DNA of 64,000 nt, from NCBI GenBank assembly GCA_000934665.2, contig JYFJ02000819.1:1-64000 (forward strand), read 5' to 3'. Below, one piece after another: positions 36,374-50,010 of the stretch (positions are counted from its first letter, which is position 1; every line of letters starts with the position of its first letter). The notes under the pieces are model-generated. The model was not told where the DNA came from and did no database searches. It was given only the letters and a program-made list of their open reading frames with translations. Position numbers and translations under genes: made by a program. This DNA comes from Catajapyx aquilonaris. Lineage: Eukaryota.

Positions 36374-36411
36374 CACACACACACACACATACATAACACA
36401 CATACACACAC
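36374..36411. repeat. Interrupted (CA)n microsatellite upstream of the giant gene first exon
   Basis: acacacacacacacacatacataacacacatacacacac. Confidence 0.8.
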
Positions 36412-37260
36412 TTTGGCGTCCAGCGCACGCGCCCCCACTTTTGTAACACCATACACTGCGTCCAAAGATGCGATGTATGCTAAGGAGGTTGAATGTTATC
36501 CTGAACTAGAAGGGGATAAATAGGTTTATAAGACATCGGTGTGCCAAGTTTGAGCACTCTCAGTAGCACAGAAGTGGATTAGGTAGCCCGAACATACCAA
36601 CTTTCTGCTTTATATATGTACTGTATAGAGATTGTATGCAGCCCACAATTTATATGATAAATGGGGCACGTTCAGCGGTGCAGTTATCGTGATTTTTTCT
36701 TCAACAATAGAAGATTCGGACTGCATTCTTGTCCTGATATACACCTTTTGTCCCCCCCACCTCCTACCCACACCCTTGTCTCCACATGTGGAACCGCATG
36801 AAGAGGCATGCACCACACTCTTCTGCCAACTATTTCGCTCCTGCATAAGTACGTCACAAGAAAAAGTAAGGCGGGGTAACGTGCTGAGACTCCATTCCAA
36901 GTGCGCTGTACTAATTATTAGACCCGCTAATATTCGCCTTTTTTTTATTTCTCAACCAGAAGGACACATCTGGGTCAAAAGTCAGTCAAGAGTACATACA
37001 GTTTTCTATGGGGGTTGAAATATACAGCCGGTATGTTAGGTGATAGCAAAGTACAGAAATATACATCACAGGTTCAATTTTCAGTGGTGTCGTACTGGTG
37101 GCGGCACGAGCCGTTGGCGGGAAATAGATTCGCTCTTTTACCGCCTTAGGATCGTGGTGCCACCAGTACTGTACGGACACCACGTCCAGCCCTGCACAGG
37201 GGAGCCTAATTTGTTGGTAATTAATTGGGGGTTGACCTACTCTATACAAAAGGACAGGCT

Positions 37261-40200
37261 TCATCTCCTCTGGTAGAAGTGTGATGCTGTGACCACCACC
37301 AGAGCAATGGCGGCCACGAGTGGATTGGCAATAAAGTAAGGCCCGAACATGATAGCCAAGGACATGTTGATGGCTATGGCAATCATGCCTCGAACCTGCT
37401 TCTTTGCTTGCACTTGATCCAAGGTGACGTTGACTGGTTGGGCCACGGCTTGTTCTTCTTCCTCATCCTCTGGCGGTACTTTAGGTGTTGGGGTTCTGGT
37501 CGTGAATCGTTGCAACTCTTTACTGGTAGGCGGAGGTGCTCCGAGTTGCGAGTCGTCGTCTTCCTCTTCCTCCTCTTCCTCTTCGTTGTAGACAATGTCC
37601 TCTTCCACGAACTCGTCTTCCTCTGGCACCGGCTGTTTGGGCCTGTACGTCGGTACGCCATCGTCGTCGCCAATTAGAGCCTCGATCTTCCTACGAAGTT
37701 CCTCCTCAGAGTCTGATTTCTTCAAGATTCCAGGCTTGTCAGCGATTGGAGACTCGGGGGTGGCTGACCTTCTGGCGATTCTGGATGACACGATGTCAAC
37801 CAGAGTGTTCTCCATTGGCGGAGGTGACGGTAACGGAGGTCGTTTGGGTCTAGTCGATGCTCCTCTGGGCAAGGTATCAGCTTTTGGAGTCGGAGCTGGT
37901 CTGGGAGCCACAGGTGGAGGGGTCAGTGACCTCCTAGGCGGGGTCAACGACCTGGGAGGTGTCAGTGATCTTCTGAGAGGGGTCGATGACTTGGGAGGGG
38001 TCGGTGTTTTTCTAGGCGGGGTCACTGCCCGGGGAGGTGTAAGTGACCTCCTAGGTGGTGTCCTCGGCGGGGTCAGCGACCTCCTAGGTGGGGTGGATGA
38101 CCTCGGAGGTGTGGACGCTAGCAATGGCGGGGTCAGCTGCCTCATCTGTGGAGTGGACGTCCTCATTGGCGGAGTGGTCTCCTTCATACTGCGAGTCAGC
38201 CGCAATGGAGAGTTCGATGACCTTCTCGGAGGGGTCGATGCCCTCGATGGAGACGTCCGGCTGAATACAGGTGTGGGTGACCTCCTCTCCACAACAGACT
38301 GAGGCGTCGGACTCTTTGACGGCGGCGTCGGCGTCCGTCGTGTCAATATCGGCATGTTTTCTAGCGACGTCCTCGCCGCCGGTGTGGGCGTCGTCTTGAA
38401 CAAAATCAGAGGCGAGTTTCGCACCGGGATCGGTGATGGACTTCGCGATAGGGACCTCCTGCTCCTGCTGCGTATAGGTGGTGGGGGCATCCCTGGTGAC
38501 GGTGACCTCGAGCTGCTCTTCGATGGCGATTCGCTCGGATATCTCTCTCGAAATTGTGCATCTGGATCTGTAATAACAAGCGGCCATGACACTTTAGCGC
38601 CCGACTTTTTGTCGCAAAACTTACCTTCGTTATTCCCATCAGGCATAAGAACCAGCATAAATTCTGAGCTTCTGTCTGACCCTGCACTGTCGCAATGCTG
38701 CAAGCGACCTCTGTAGTATGTGCTTTCAGGGCTAGGGCTCTTTCTCTCTTTCCTGTCAGCAACGGGCGTCGTTGGCGTCGACACCCGCTTTTTAACCCTC
38801 GGAGGAGGCAGAGGCGGCGGTGACACGTTGTCCTCCGAAACTGGAGGATTTTGCTGAATTTGGTTCGGTTTCGTGATCCTGTCAATACAAAAAGAAAAAC
38901 TAGGGCTACACTTGCCTCTCTCGAGTCTCTCATTGTTTACATACTTGGTTTTCTTTGCTTACAAGACGACAACAGTTCTGGTGCCTCCTAAAGCAAGACT
39001 ACAAGGGAAAGGTAACAATGCCCTCAAAAATATTTTGCCAATAAAACACAAAGATATTTTTTCCCTATAATTTATTACTCGTGACTTAAAAAGTGAAAAC
39101 AACAACAACACAACGTGACAATAGAAAGACAGCAAGTAATAGAAAGGTGGCGTTTGGTTAAATATTGATTTGTATATAAAAGAAACTGCATTCAACTGAG
39201 CTCTTGCCTGTCTTGTAAGCAAAAGAAAGGCAAAGTTGAGCATTTTTATTTAATAATTTGTTTGTAAACAAAAATTGGCAATGACTTCCTAGCAATACGA
39301 TGGACATACTGTAAATGTAAGTACTGGGTTGGTTCCTCAAACGGCATTTTTTAAAGGGACGGGTTAAATACTAATTCCCCGGGTTTTTCCATCAGTATTA
39401 ACTGCCAGTCAAAATGCTGACAAACATTTGGAGAAACCACACAAAACTCTGCAGAGCAAATCGGAATCCTCAGCTAATCATCATTAATGAGCGTAATTAA
39501 GTGACTCACCTGTGGTAACTATAACTTCGCAATAATTATTGATACCGAACTTATTAGTAGGCTACTATTTTCGCACATTAATAATTTAGGTTGAGATTTG
39601 CCTACTTTTCTGTTGCCAAACGGTTAATAATTATTATTCCACGCTCCAGTCGGATAGTTGATGTACGGATAATGATAATGACACGGGTAAGAGACGGGCT
39701 GGTGTTCCCAAGGGTTGGGAAACTGTGCCGGTGGGTACTCGTGACCCTTGACCTGCACGGTGGGGTCAGCAAAAGGAGCGATGATGAGGGGTTCGCCATT
39801 GGGTGAAGGGTACTGCTGATGGACAGGGCTCCAAGACGGTGCTGGAGACGAGCAAGTTGAGCGAATCAGGAAAGGGTTATAGTTGACCTGCGGGTTAGGA
39901 CCATGCATTGTTGTGGTCGCGACTGGGTGACCGTTGCTGACCACTGACCCGCGCTTGGGGTCAGCTATAAAGACAGGACCACACTCCAGGCTGGGCTCGC
40001 TGATTCCATACGGGTTTTCGGCCTTGACCCGGAACAGGTACTCTGAACCTGCGATCAGGTCATTCAGTCTGGCACTCAGGTTACGAGAGGTCACAGCCTT
40101 CAGCCAGACATTCCAGCCGACCTAAAAGAAGAGGCAGGTCAGCACCTCTTAATTCTCCAAACCTCGAATTTTTGTCCCACTGACAGGCGTTGCTAACTTA

Positions 40201-42402
40201 GCAGTACCTAGCAGTGGGATGAAAATTCGACCCCTATTTTTTTTAAATTATACCTATTTATTAAGGTATTGCGAAGTGCACATACCCGAAAGTATTCGAC
40301 GACAAAGCAGCCAATTTTGCATCCACCGTCATCTCTAGGTGGTGTCCACTCTATGAGACAACTATTTCCAGTCACCTCTTTGACCATTGGCTTTCCAGGA
40401 TGTTGCGGCCTGTCTGTAAACAACATTTGGAGAGTTACTTGCGAAAAAATGTTACATGTACTTTAACGTGCACCTGTGACTGTGACTAGGAAAGAAAATG
40501 CGTCTTCTCCTAGTTGGCTGTCTACTCTGACGAAATATTCGCCCCTGTCTGCTCTTCGTGCTTCCAGTACCCGAAGAGTACTGGTCGTTTCGCCTGTTTC
40601 GATCTCGTAGCGACCTTTGTTGCTCAGTCTTTCTCCTTCGTGGAACCAGGTCACCTCAGGGGTCGGCCTGCCTGTGAACCCAACCTTCAGTCGGATCATC
40701 TCTCCGGATTCAAACAGCAGGCCTTCATCGTACATCTTCTGGATCTGGAGCTGGGGCGGGGCTGCAATTAAAAAAGTTTAATTATTGATGTTAATTATTT
40801 TGTGGCTAGACATGTACCTTCGACGAGTAATCGCGCTTTGGTCTCTGCGATTCCGCTCTTGTTGATCGCAACACACTTGATCTCTCCTTCGTCCCTAAGG
40901 CACACCTGCCTGAAGACCAAAGTCGTCTTCTCTCCATCCAACAACAGCTCCATTCGACCATCGTCCATCAGCTCCATGCCATCCTTGTACCAGGTCAGGG
41001 TCGGAGGAGGAGCTCCCCAACCAATCACCGTGAATTCAACCTGTGAAACCCAATCAAATTTTGAAACCATTGCAAACAATAGACCCCGAACAGATCCTCT
41101 TACCCTTTCGTGCTCCAACACAGCCGCGTCTCTTAACCCTTTGTAAAATTTGGGAGGCGAACTGGTCATCCTTCCCTCAGAGTTGGTCGGCTCTGTTGGA
41201 CAACTGGGCTCGGACACTCCCCAGGAGTTGACCGCGCTGACCCTGAACTGGTACTCGATCCCATCCTTCAGGTGGGTCACTTTGGCCTGAGGGTAACGGA
41301 CCTCTCCTGGACTTGCGATGGTCCATTTGTCAGTGAACAACTCGCGTTTCTCGATTATGTACCCTGTAGGTATTGCGACAAGTTACCAAAAAAATAGTTT
41401 GGGGACAAACATGAATATATTGACCTGACCTGTGATGTCTGACCCTCCGTCTGTGACTGGCGGGTCCCACCTGAGGATCAGTCCGTCTGGAGTGGCTCTT
41501 CCCAGGATGTCCGGTCCTTGGACTTCCGGAGTTCCAGGAGAGCTCGGTCTCCCTGCACAAGCAAAAGTCAGTTTCATGACAAATTAACATTTGTAGTTAC
41601 ATTTTTTAAAATTGGCTACTGCAAAATTTTCTATACATGGCATCGTTAGCATATTGTTTTGTCCTGACCAATGTGTACCAGTCTTTATTCGAGCTTATGT
41701 AACATGCACAATCAAATGGTATGGTGTATTTAATCAGGTGGTCAGCATGTAGACTATTATCAGTTTATCACATTTCCATTGTCTTTCTCAGTGAGTTTTG
41801 TTGCCAGCCATTGTTGAACACTTCAATTTTCTGCACACTTTTTTTTTGCTGCTTTTAAAATGGAAGTGCACAAAGGAGCTTATTATGGTTGGCAACATCT
41901 AGAAAATATGTTTTCATGGTCAGTTTTTTTTAAACAACCTCAAAAGGCCAATCAGGCATAAAGGTTTGTCCCCCAAAAAAATTAAAATAAAATTTCAAAC
42001 TAATGGACAGCCATTCATAATGGTGATCTGAAGAATTCTATTATAGTTACATCCATAAAGTACAAGACCTGAAAAAATATTCATAGGACACTTTACACCC
42101 ACCTCCCACAGCTGACCTTTGAACCTAACACATCATCAGGCAATGTAACAGTGATGTAATTTTGCAATTGTAATTTGCTGCGTATTGTCCTTCATGACCC
42201 ATGTCCATCCTCTCTCGAGCAGACAAGTCCTCATGAATGAACATTTGAAATATCACAAGTATATCGCCTCCTCTTGGTTGGAAACTTGTGAGGTCTCTCC
42301 CTTATTTATAGAAATGCTTTCTCGCTTCTTACCTTGTGGCAACGAGCCATTGTTCGTCCTGTTCTTCACCTTATTCTTCTTCTTCCCCTGTGCATTTCCC
42401 AT
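37261..42402 (-). CDS. MnM: MnM (Drosophila CG14964)-like protein: Fn3-Ig-Ig-Fn3, Pro/Ser/Arg-rich tail, C-terminal hydrophobic anchor; 960 aa
   Basis: Exons 42402-42333, 41552-41430, 41363-41104, 41040-40818, 40761-40474, 40413-40286, 40121-39949, 38878-37261 (2,883 nt, phases compatible). Motifs DDGGCKIG..VEYFRVGWNVWLKA, FRVKAENPYG, DPKRG and SSEFMLVL match insect MnM-type proteins as I recall them; orthology not verified. Confidence 0.82.
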
Positions 42403-44912
42403 GTCCCTCTCTTCTCCTTGGTCCCACCCTCTTTAACGTTACAGCCTGGTCGTAGACCCCATAGCCAAATCACTAATCACCAGCACATATTTTTAAAAAA
42501 AGCTCCCCGGCCTCTCACTCAAACGGACCAGACTGGTTGTTGAAAAAGGAACCACCGGCAACACACTTTGGGGGTCTAGCTCTCCCAACAATCCCCAAGT
42601 TGCCTGCTTGCTTATTTAGATCCAACCCGAGGTCTACTGTATAATGGCAGCACCAGATTTAGCCTACCCCTTTTCCTCCCACCCCCTCTACCACAGCTAC
42701 CCTCCTCTCTTCCCTTGTCGCCTGGTCGCAGCCAAGCTCCTCTTGGCAAAGTTCCCTTTAGACAGCTCCCAAGTGGCAGGGATTGCTAGTTTAGGGATGG
42801 ATCACACTCACACATTGGTTAGATTAGGTAGCATATTGATTCGTAGCTATACTGTCTGATAGACTCGCATTAGTCTGGTCCACGATCTACCGGGTGTGAC
42901 AAAAGATATGGCGTAATTCTTGCAATGCAACAAACTGGCCAGAACGGAACATATTCAATGCTAGTAAACAATATCAGCACTTTCCCACACTCTTTATAAT
43001 ATTAGCAACTAACTAATGATCAAGGCCACTGGTTGCGTTTTGTATGTTACGTGTGGTAGAGGAACGGGACAGGATGTAGTACAGAGGAAGAAATGATCAG
43101 CACCAATGTTGTTTCTACATCATGTACTATGGCTCCCAATATCACATGGATAATAGTGACACGGTCGAGCTTTAATTGTTACCACCCTTTTCACCAACCA
43201 GAAGATCCCACCGGGATCGTTGCTCAATGAACAGTAATACTGCCATAAACTCTTCTAATAATCATCAGTGCAATGAAACATCTCAGGTAGTGTTTGCACT
43301 ACTTGCTAATGTGGGGGTGAACAATTACTGGCACACACAAAAAAAAGTCGCAATAAAATATCAACACCGTGCAACTTGGGACTTGAAGCTTGCACATATT
43401 GCCTCAGTTTTGAAACCTAATTATTGCTACTATCAACAGTAATTAATTTTTCATCCAACTTTTTTAACAGTACAGTAACAATGGGGGCACAACATTCACA
43501 GTGATAAGTACGCACTTTCATGATATGTATTTGTCGATAAATTGGAGCAAATAGACCTGGCCAGCCTCACTTTCCGCACCAAACGTATCGATCCCAAACA
43601 ACAGACTCGTACATGTAACAATAGACCTGGCATTTGAACTTGGGTAATGCGTCACTTCCTCTAATAGTTTGCATTGTCGAGAGTTATTGTTGCCATTGCA
43701 ATTTCTGACTCTGCTATTACAGGAGGCTGCACTAGTCAGTGAAGGTAATATTATCGGATAGCAAGCTATGAAATCAAACCTCTTCAGATCTGCAGCATGT
43801 ACAACAGTATGTTAAAACTTCTTTTTATTACAAATGGCCCCACTCATAGCCAGGAATAAAAGCTGGGGATGTTCACCCTTTCATTCAAAATGCCACTGGA
43901 GCACTGAGGCACTTTTCCATTATTCAAAAAAAACCAACCACAGTAAAATTATTCATAAAAAATACATGCTCTTTGAGGTAAACGTTCAATCCACAAAATG
44001 AGATTATCTAAGCGTAAAGCACAAAAAATAAAAACGGACAAGTACACAACTTAAAGATCAGGTTTTTCACATCATTGTGATGCTAGGTCAACAATAGCGC
44101 TGAATAAAATTAGTCTAGGGGCACCTTTGTTTAAGTGGGTTTTAGTTTTGGATAGAACAGTATATGACTAGATCTGAACCATTACATTTCGGGGATCTTA
44201 ACAATGCCCAAATCTTCCTCGTGCAAATATATTAATTGGCGCCTGTCTATTTTTTGTCCCACCAAACAAAACACTTGATATGTCTTCAGTTGCATTGCAA
44301 GTACTTCATAAAATATTTTTGCTTTACCACAGCTTGACAGGTTTCAACATTCAACATCAACTCTTTGAACGAACCATTCAGTAAATTTAACATGAGAGTG
44401 AATTAAGATCAACCTAGTTTTCATCTTCAGGACAAATGTACACTGTGAACATAAAACTTAAGTACAAACAAGTGTAAACTACTTTGTGCTCTCTTTTTTT
44501 TTTACGTCTTTCCGTGTCATTATAATCTACATGTACACTACCATTCGATAATATGTAAAAATGACAAAAATAAAATTAAGTACAACACATATAAGCAATA
44601 CAACGGAAGGAATGGTTAAAAGATTTGATGAATGTTATGACAAACAAAATGCATTGGACTTAACAAAGAGGAAAAAATGCGATAGAGAATATGGTTATGT
44701 TTTTTGGACAACACCTGACAGAGATCACGTACAACATCACGCTTCCCAGTGATGACACAAATCAGCCAAATCAGCTTTTAACACAGGGAGGGAGTTAAAA
44801 AGCATAAATAAAAGTACCATGCATACCCTCCACAAAAAAAAAAGTGCCTTTAAAAAAATAAACACACCACGACCTGAATTTTGTATACCAGAATCGGAGG
44901 ATAGCACAACCT

Positions 44913-47900
44913 TTAGACCTTAACGTTAGGAGGTCGCTTGCTGAAAAGAATCTCAATGACGGCCTCATCAGCCAAAGTGCTGATGTCACCCAGGTCACGC
45001 TCATTCCGAGAAATTTTGCGGAGGACCCGACGCATAATCTTCCCTGAGCGGGTCTTTGGCAAGGCTGGAGCATGCTGGATGTACTCAGGGGTTGCAAATG
45101 GGCCAATCTTCTCACGAACTGAAAAGTAAGACTTGCTTAATTTGCTCAACAGCATTGATGATACACGCCAAAGGTGTGCAACTCACCAATAGATTTGATG
45201 TCTCCAACTAGCTCCGGAGTGAACTCAATTCCATCCTTGGTGGTCACAAAGCAATAGAGACACTCCCCTTTGACCTCATGAGGGTGAGGGACTACCGCAG
45301 CCTCCGCCACTCCCTTGTGCTCAATGATGGCTGATTCGACCTGAGCAGTACTCAGAAGGTGACCTGACACATTCAGCATGTCATCTATCCTGCCAGTAAT
45401 CCAGTAGTAACCATCTGCATCACGCTTGGCCCCTACAAAATATTAGCAAGTCACTACGCCGCTCAAACGAACACTCAGTGAATATGCCATAACATTATTG
45501 CGTGTTGTGTTGAACAATTTGTGAGTTAAAAGTTACGACTGCTAACCATCTCCGGTGCAGTAGTATCCAGGGAACTTGTGGAAGTAGGTCTGCTCGAATC
45601 GCTCGTGGTTTCCGTATACAGTGCGCATTATGCCAGGCCAAGGCTTCTTGAACACCAGGTAACCTTCTCCAGGACCTTCCACTTCCTTGCCATTCTCGTC
45701 CAATATGGCAGGAAGTACTCCAAAGAATGGGAAGCACTACACATGACAAGCATGGTTAGTTGCGGATTTCACTTCTCAAGCATGGCTGGTATAATTAGTG
45801 TAATGCATTTGCTTCCTTTGTAATCGGAAGCAGTTTTACTCGCAAGTTTGTGGTTTAAGGTGTCTTAAAACCTCCGTTGTACGAAGCATCATGCATAATT
45901 TGCAACACAGCTTTGCGTACTCACAGCAGATCCAGGCTTGGTGGGCGTGCAGCCCGGCAGAGGCGTCAGGACATGTCCGCCAGTCTCCGTCTGCCAAAAT
46001 GTGTCCACTATGGGGCAACTTCCATTTCCGACAACATTGTAGTACCACATCCAAGCTTCCGGGTTGATTGGCTCACCGACAGTACCCAGCACTTTCAAGG
46101 AGTCCCGGTTGTGCTCCCTCACAGGCTCATCCCCAAATTTCATCAGGGCTCGGATCGCAGTGGGAGCTGTGTAAAACTTGTTCACCTTGTACTTCTCAAT
46201 CACGGCCCAAAAGCGGCTCTTCGTTGGGTAGAATGGAGTGCCTTCGAACTAGATCATGGTGTTACGTACACACTTGAGGTAATGCATCGAATCTGATTCT
46301 CACCAGGACGGATGTGGCTCCATTAGCTAACGGTCCATATACAACGTAGGTGTGTCCGGTGATCCAGCCGATGTCAGCTGTGCACCAGAACACTTCGCCA
46401 GGATGGTAGTCAAACACATACTTGAAGGTCGTGGCTCCGTACAGAAGGTATCCAGCTGTGGTGTGCAGCACTCCTTTGGGTGTCCCAGTCGAGCCACTGA
46501 AAATAACAACATAACTCGCTTAATCAACCACTGCATGTTGCAGGAACTATTTACCTGGTGTACAGCATGAAGAGTGGATCCTCCGAGTCCATCCATTCCG
46601 GTTCACACTGGTCGGATACTCCAGCCATTTCTTCCTGCCACCAGAAGTCTCGGCCATTAACCCACACCGACTTGTCCTGCATGTCTCCGCCGGATGCATT
46701 CAGGCGAGGAAGATGACGGACCACAATTACGGCATCAACATGATGCTTCTGCTTCTCACACAGCTTCATTGCTGTGGGATATTACGATGTAGGTCTTTTT
46801 GCTAATTGAATGCTAAGGTGGCATACATATTCAGCGCACACATCATTTGTGAAAGTCATTGTCTTCTTATGTAAACAGTGCTCACCCGTGTCGCATATTT
46901 CTTTGAGGTGAACAAGCTTGTCTCCTCTCCAGACTCCATCAGCAGTCACCAGCACTTTGCACTTCGCATTCAGGATCCGGTCAGCAAGTGAATCGGCTGA
47001 GAAGCCTCCAAACTAAAAGTGGAAATAGCGGAACAATCAGCCAGTCGTCATGTGTACTAGTGGATCTCATTACTTACCACTACAGAATGTACGGCTCCAA
47101 TGCGAGCACAAGCAAGCATAGCAACGACTGCCTCAATGACCATGGGCATGTATAGGGCAACCCGATCCCCACGTTGGACCCCCTTGGACTTGAGCACATT
47201 GGAAAAGCGACACACTTCTCTCAGCAGCTCGGCATAAGTGATCTGGCTGTGGTCTGCTGGATCGTTGCCTTCCCTAATAATCAGTAAAAAGCATTAGTAA
47301 AAATCACGCAAAACCTTTGTGCACCCTCAGGGGCGGATTAGGATATATTTTGATTGTATGATGGAAGTACAATTTGTACAGAAAATGATCGCAGAGACAC
47401 ACTACTGTAATAATTGCCGTTACACAAATTGTGCACAAGTAGACCATGGTCTACAGTTTAATTAATATGGACTTTGATCATATGAGTCATTAATTAAGAA
47501 ACACAGGCTGCATAATCATGTCCTTGACCAAGGTTCAGAATTACGGTTAATACACACGCATGTGGAACACATGTGCAGCCTACTTTACCTCTACATATGT
47601 CTTGTTACATAATGATAATGAAGCAGGATAAAAAATTACGGTGTATCTTCCACTTATTTTTTTCTTTTTTTGCGGCAAACAGGAAAACTTTCACTTTTGA
47701 GTTTTTTCTTACGTCAGCAGAGCTACGCTTTAATTTCTGTAGCATGCAGTTTGCTCCATTTGTGTACATGAAGGTCAGTTCAAACCAAACGGAATAACCC
47801 CCTGATTTTAAAGCAGTATAACGGGAAACGACTCACAACCTGTCTTGTCCTGCTGACCCACATTACTATTGACAAATTTTCAAAATATGCACTGGTATGA

Positions 47901-48688
47901 TCAAATGGGACGGCTTTAATTTAAAAGCACCAGTCAATATTAGCGTGACGTTTTCGCATAATTTCGCAGTTACCGTATTCGACTGCATATTTTTTATTTA
48001 CGTTTTAAAAAATTATTTTACATACCCGTTACTAATTAACCTACCTAGGTTCTATCTGCATTTTTAAAAATGCACTTTTCCCCCCCAGAAATTGCTCAAA
48101 ATATCGCCTTGCGTCTTATGCACCAAAAATACAGCGGCTCGGTATAATACGCACTTAACAAACACCCTCAATCGTGGATATTCAATGTTACAGACGTATG
48201 GCCTTGCTCCAGCTGCATTCATGCATACAACTGCAGCGCATGATTAACTGATGGAAATATTACAGCGGCGGCTGGCCTTCGATAAATGTAACACATGGCA
48301 GGTGAAATTACCAGTAGAAGGCGACGTTCCCTCCCTTGTTGTCCTTAACATGGCGATCGACAGCGTTGTAGCAGACGTTGGTCCTTCCGCCTGGCATCCA
48401 CCTGATGAAGATGGGTCCGTGGCGCTGGTCAAAGTTGTACTGCACGAAGGTCCCGTCTGCTGGGGGCGGACTCTCCCAGTGCAGCTCCCTGGCCAGCTGT
48501 GACCAGAACCCGGCCGGGTCCTCCACGCTCCTGCGGTACATCTCTCTGTAGCGCTCCATGCTCCCGACGTGTGCCTGGTCCGCCACCCCCTGGTCAGGGG
48601 GGTAGACCCTGGCCGAGGAGGGTCCATTCTCCTCCTTGCCCACCACCTGGTTCAGCAGGCTCTTGAACCGGTTCAGAAGCTGGTCCAT
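44913..48688 (-). CDS. ACSS2: Acetyl-CoA synthetase, ACSS2/AcCoAS-like, copy A (691 aa)
   Basis: Exons 48688-48312, 47273-47078, 47012-46886, 46771-46555, 46496-46304, 46248-45925, 45736-45547, 45432-45187, 45118-44913. Motifs [43 protein letters not shown] and [12 protein letters not shown]. Probable 5'UTR exon ends at 48772. Confidence 0.95.
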
Positions 48689-49309
48689 TGCGATGATCCC
48701 TGAAAAGGTCTGCGACCCACCCTTTTGAAGTATACTACTCTGATCGTACCTGTACGTGCCGTCCACTATACCTGTGTGTGTGTTCAGATGAGAGGTGGTG
48801 ATGAGAGCAAGAAGAATGGCAGCAATATAAAGATGAGAGCCTGAATGAATGAAGAAGAGTGGTGGGGGCTACTGAAACTGAACCAGCCTGCGTGTGGCCT
48901 ACTGAAGGACTGACTCGCAGCGCCCCAAGTTGCGGGCACTTTTACTTCAAGCTCATCAATACACTCCGGGAGGGTATGGCTCCTCATCCAGTCATGGCAG
49001 ACATTTTCAGTCAACAAGACCATCCAATATAATTAAAAGTGTACCACAACATTATTTTGATAAAGAGCAATTAAGTGATGGGCAGTGTCACGCCACACAT
49101 AATATACAGTCGTCCGATTGCTTTTATCTATCAGTCGCTATCATAATGAGGAGACTGACGTGTAGTACAATAGGCGGTCACATAATTATCTGGGTCGATA
49201 ATTGTCCATATTGATATCAAAATCATATGTATACGTCAGGGAGTATAATGTGTATGTTAGCAATCAGTTCGTACTCAATATCGTATACATTACTAATATA
49301 AATATTCAC

Positions 49310-50010
49310 GTATATAGCTAATATAGTTAATAGTTATATGCAGGTAATAGTTACACATACGGACATATTATACGGTATAGTTAATAGGCTATATTTAATA
49401 GTTATATATCCATATACCGTAACAGTTACACGATAATAGTTATATATATCCATATCCCGTAATAGTTATACAATAATAGTTACATATATATTTATAGTGT
49501 AATAGTTATACAATAATAGTTATATATATCCATATCCCGTAATAGTTATACAATAATAGTTATATATATCCATATCCCGTAATAGTTATACAATAATAGT
49601 TACATATTAATAGAGTAATAGTTATATAATAATAGTTACATATTAATAGAGTAATAATTATACAATAATAGTTACATATTAATAGAGTAATAGTTATACA
49701 TTATTAGAGTAATGGTTACTCATAATTAATAGATTATAATAGTTACTCATAATTAATAGATTATAATAGTTACTCATAATTAATAGATTATAATAGTTAC
49801 ATATAGTTAATAGAGTAATAGCTACACATAGTTAATAGTCATACATAGCCAATATAGTTACACATAATAACACAAATAATAGTTATACACAATAATAGTT
49901 ATACATAGTTAATAGTTACTCATACAGTAGATAATATCAAGAGCTAATAATTATTACCTCTTGATAATATAGTTATGCATAATAGTTATGTAAAGTAATA
50001 GTTATGTCGT
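49310..50010. repeat. AT-rich minisatellite built on a TAATAGTTA core
   Basis: 40-bp units TAATAGTTATACAATAATAGTTATATATATCCATATCCCG (identical copies at 49500-49579), 27-bp units near 49710-49800 and degenerate flanks. Confidence 0.9.

Noticed and set aside
37595..38716. Plus-strand G/V/D/L-rich ORFs
   Set aside because: Antisense shadows of the Pro-rich MnM-like exon.
49310..50010. CRISPR-like array
   Set aside because: Eukaryotic context, no unique spacers and no cas genes; it is a minisatellite.
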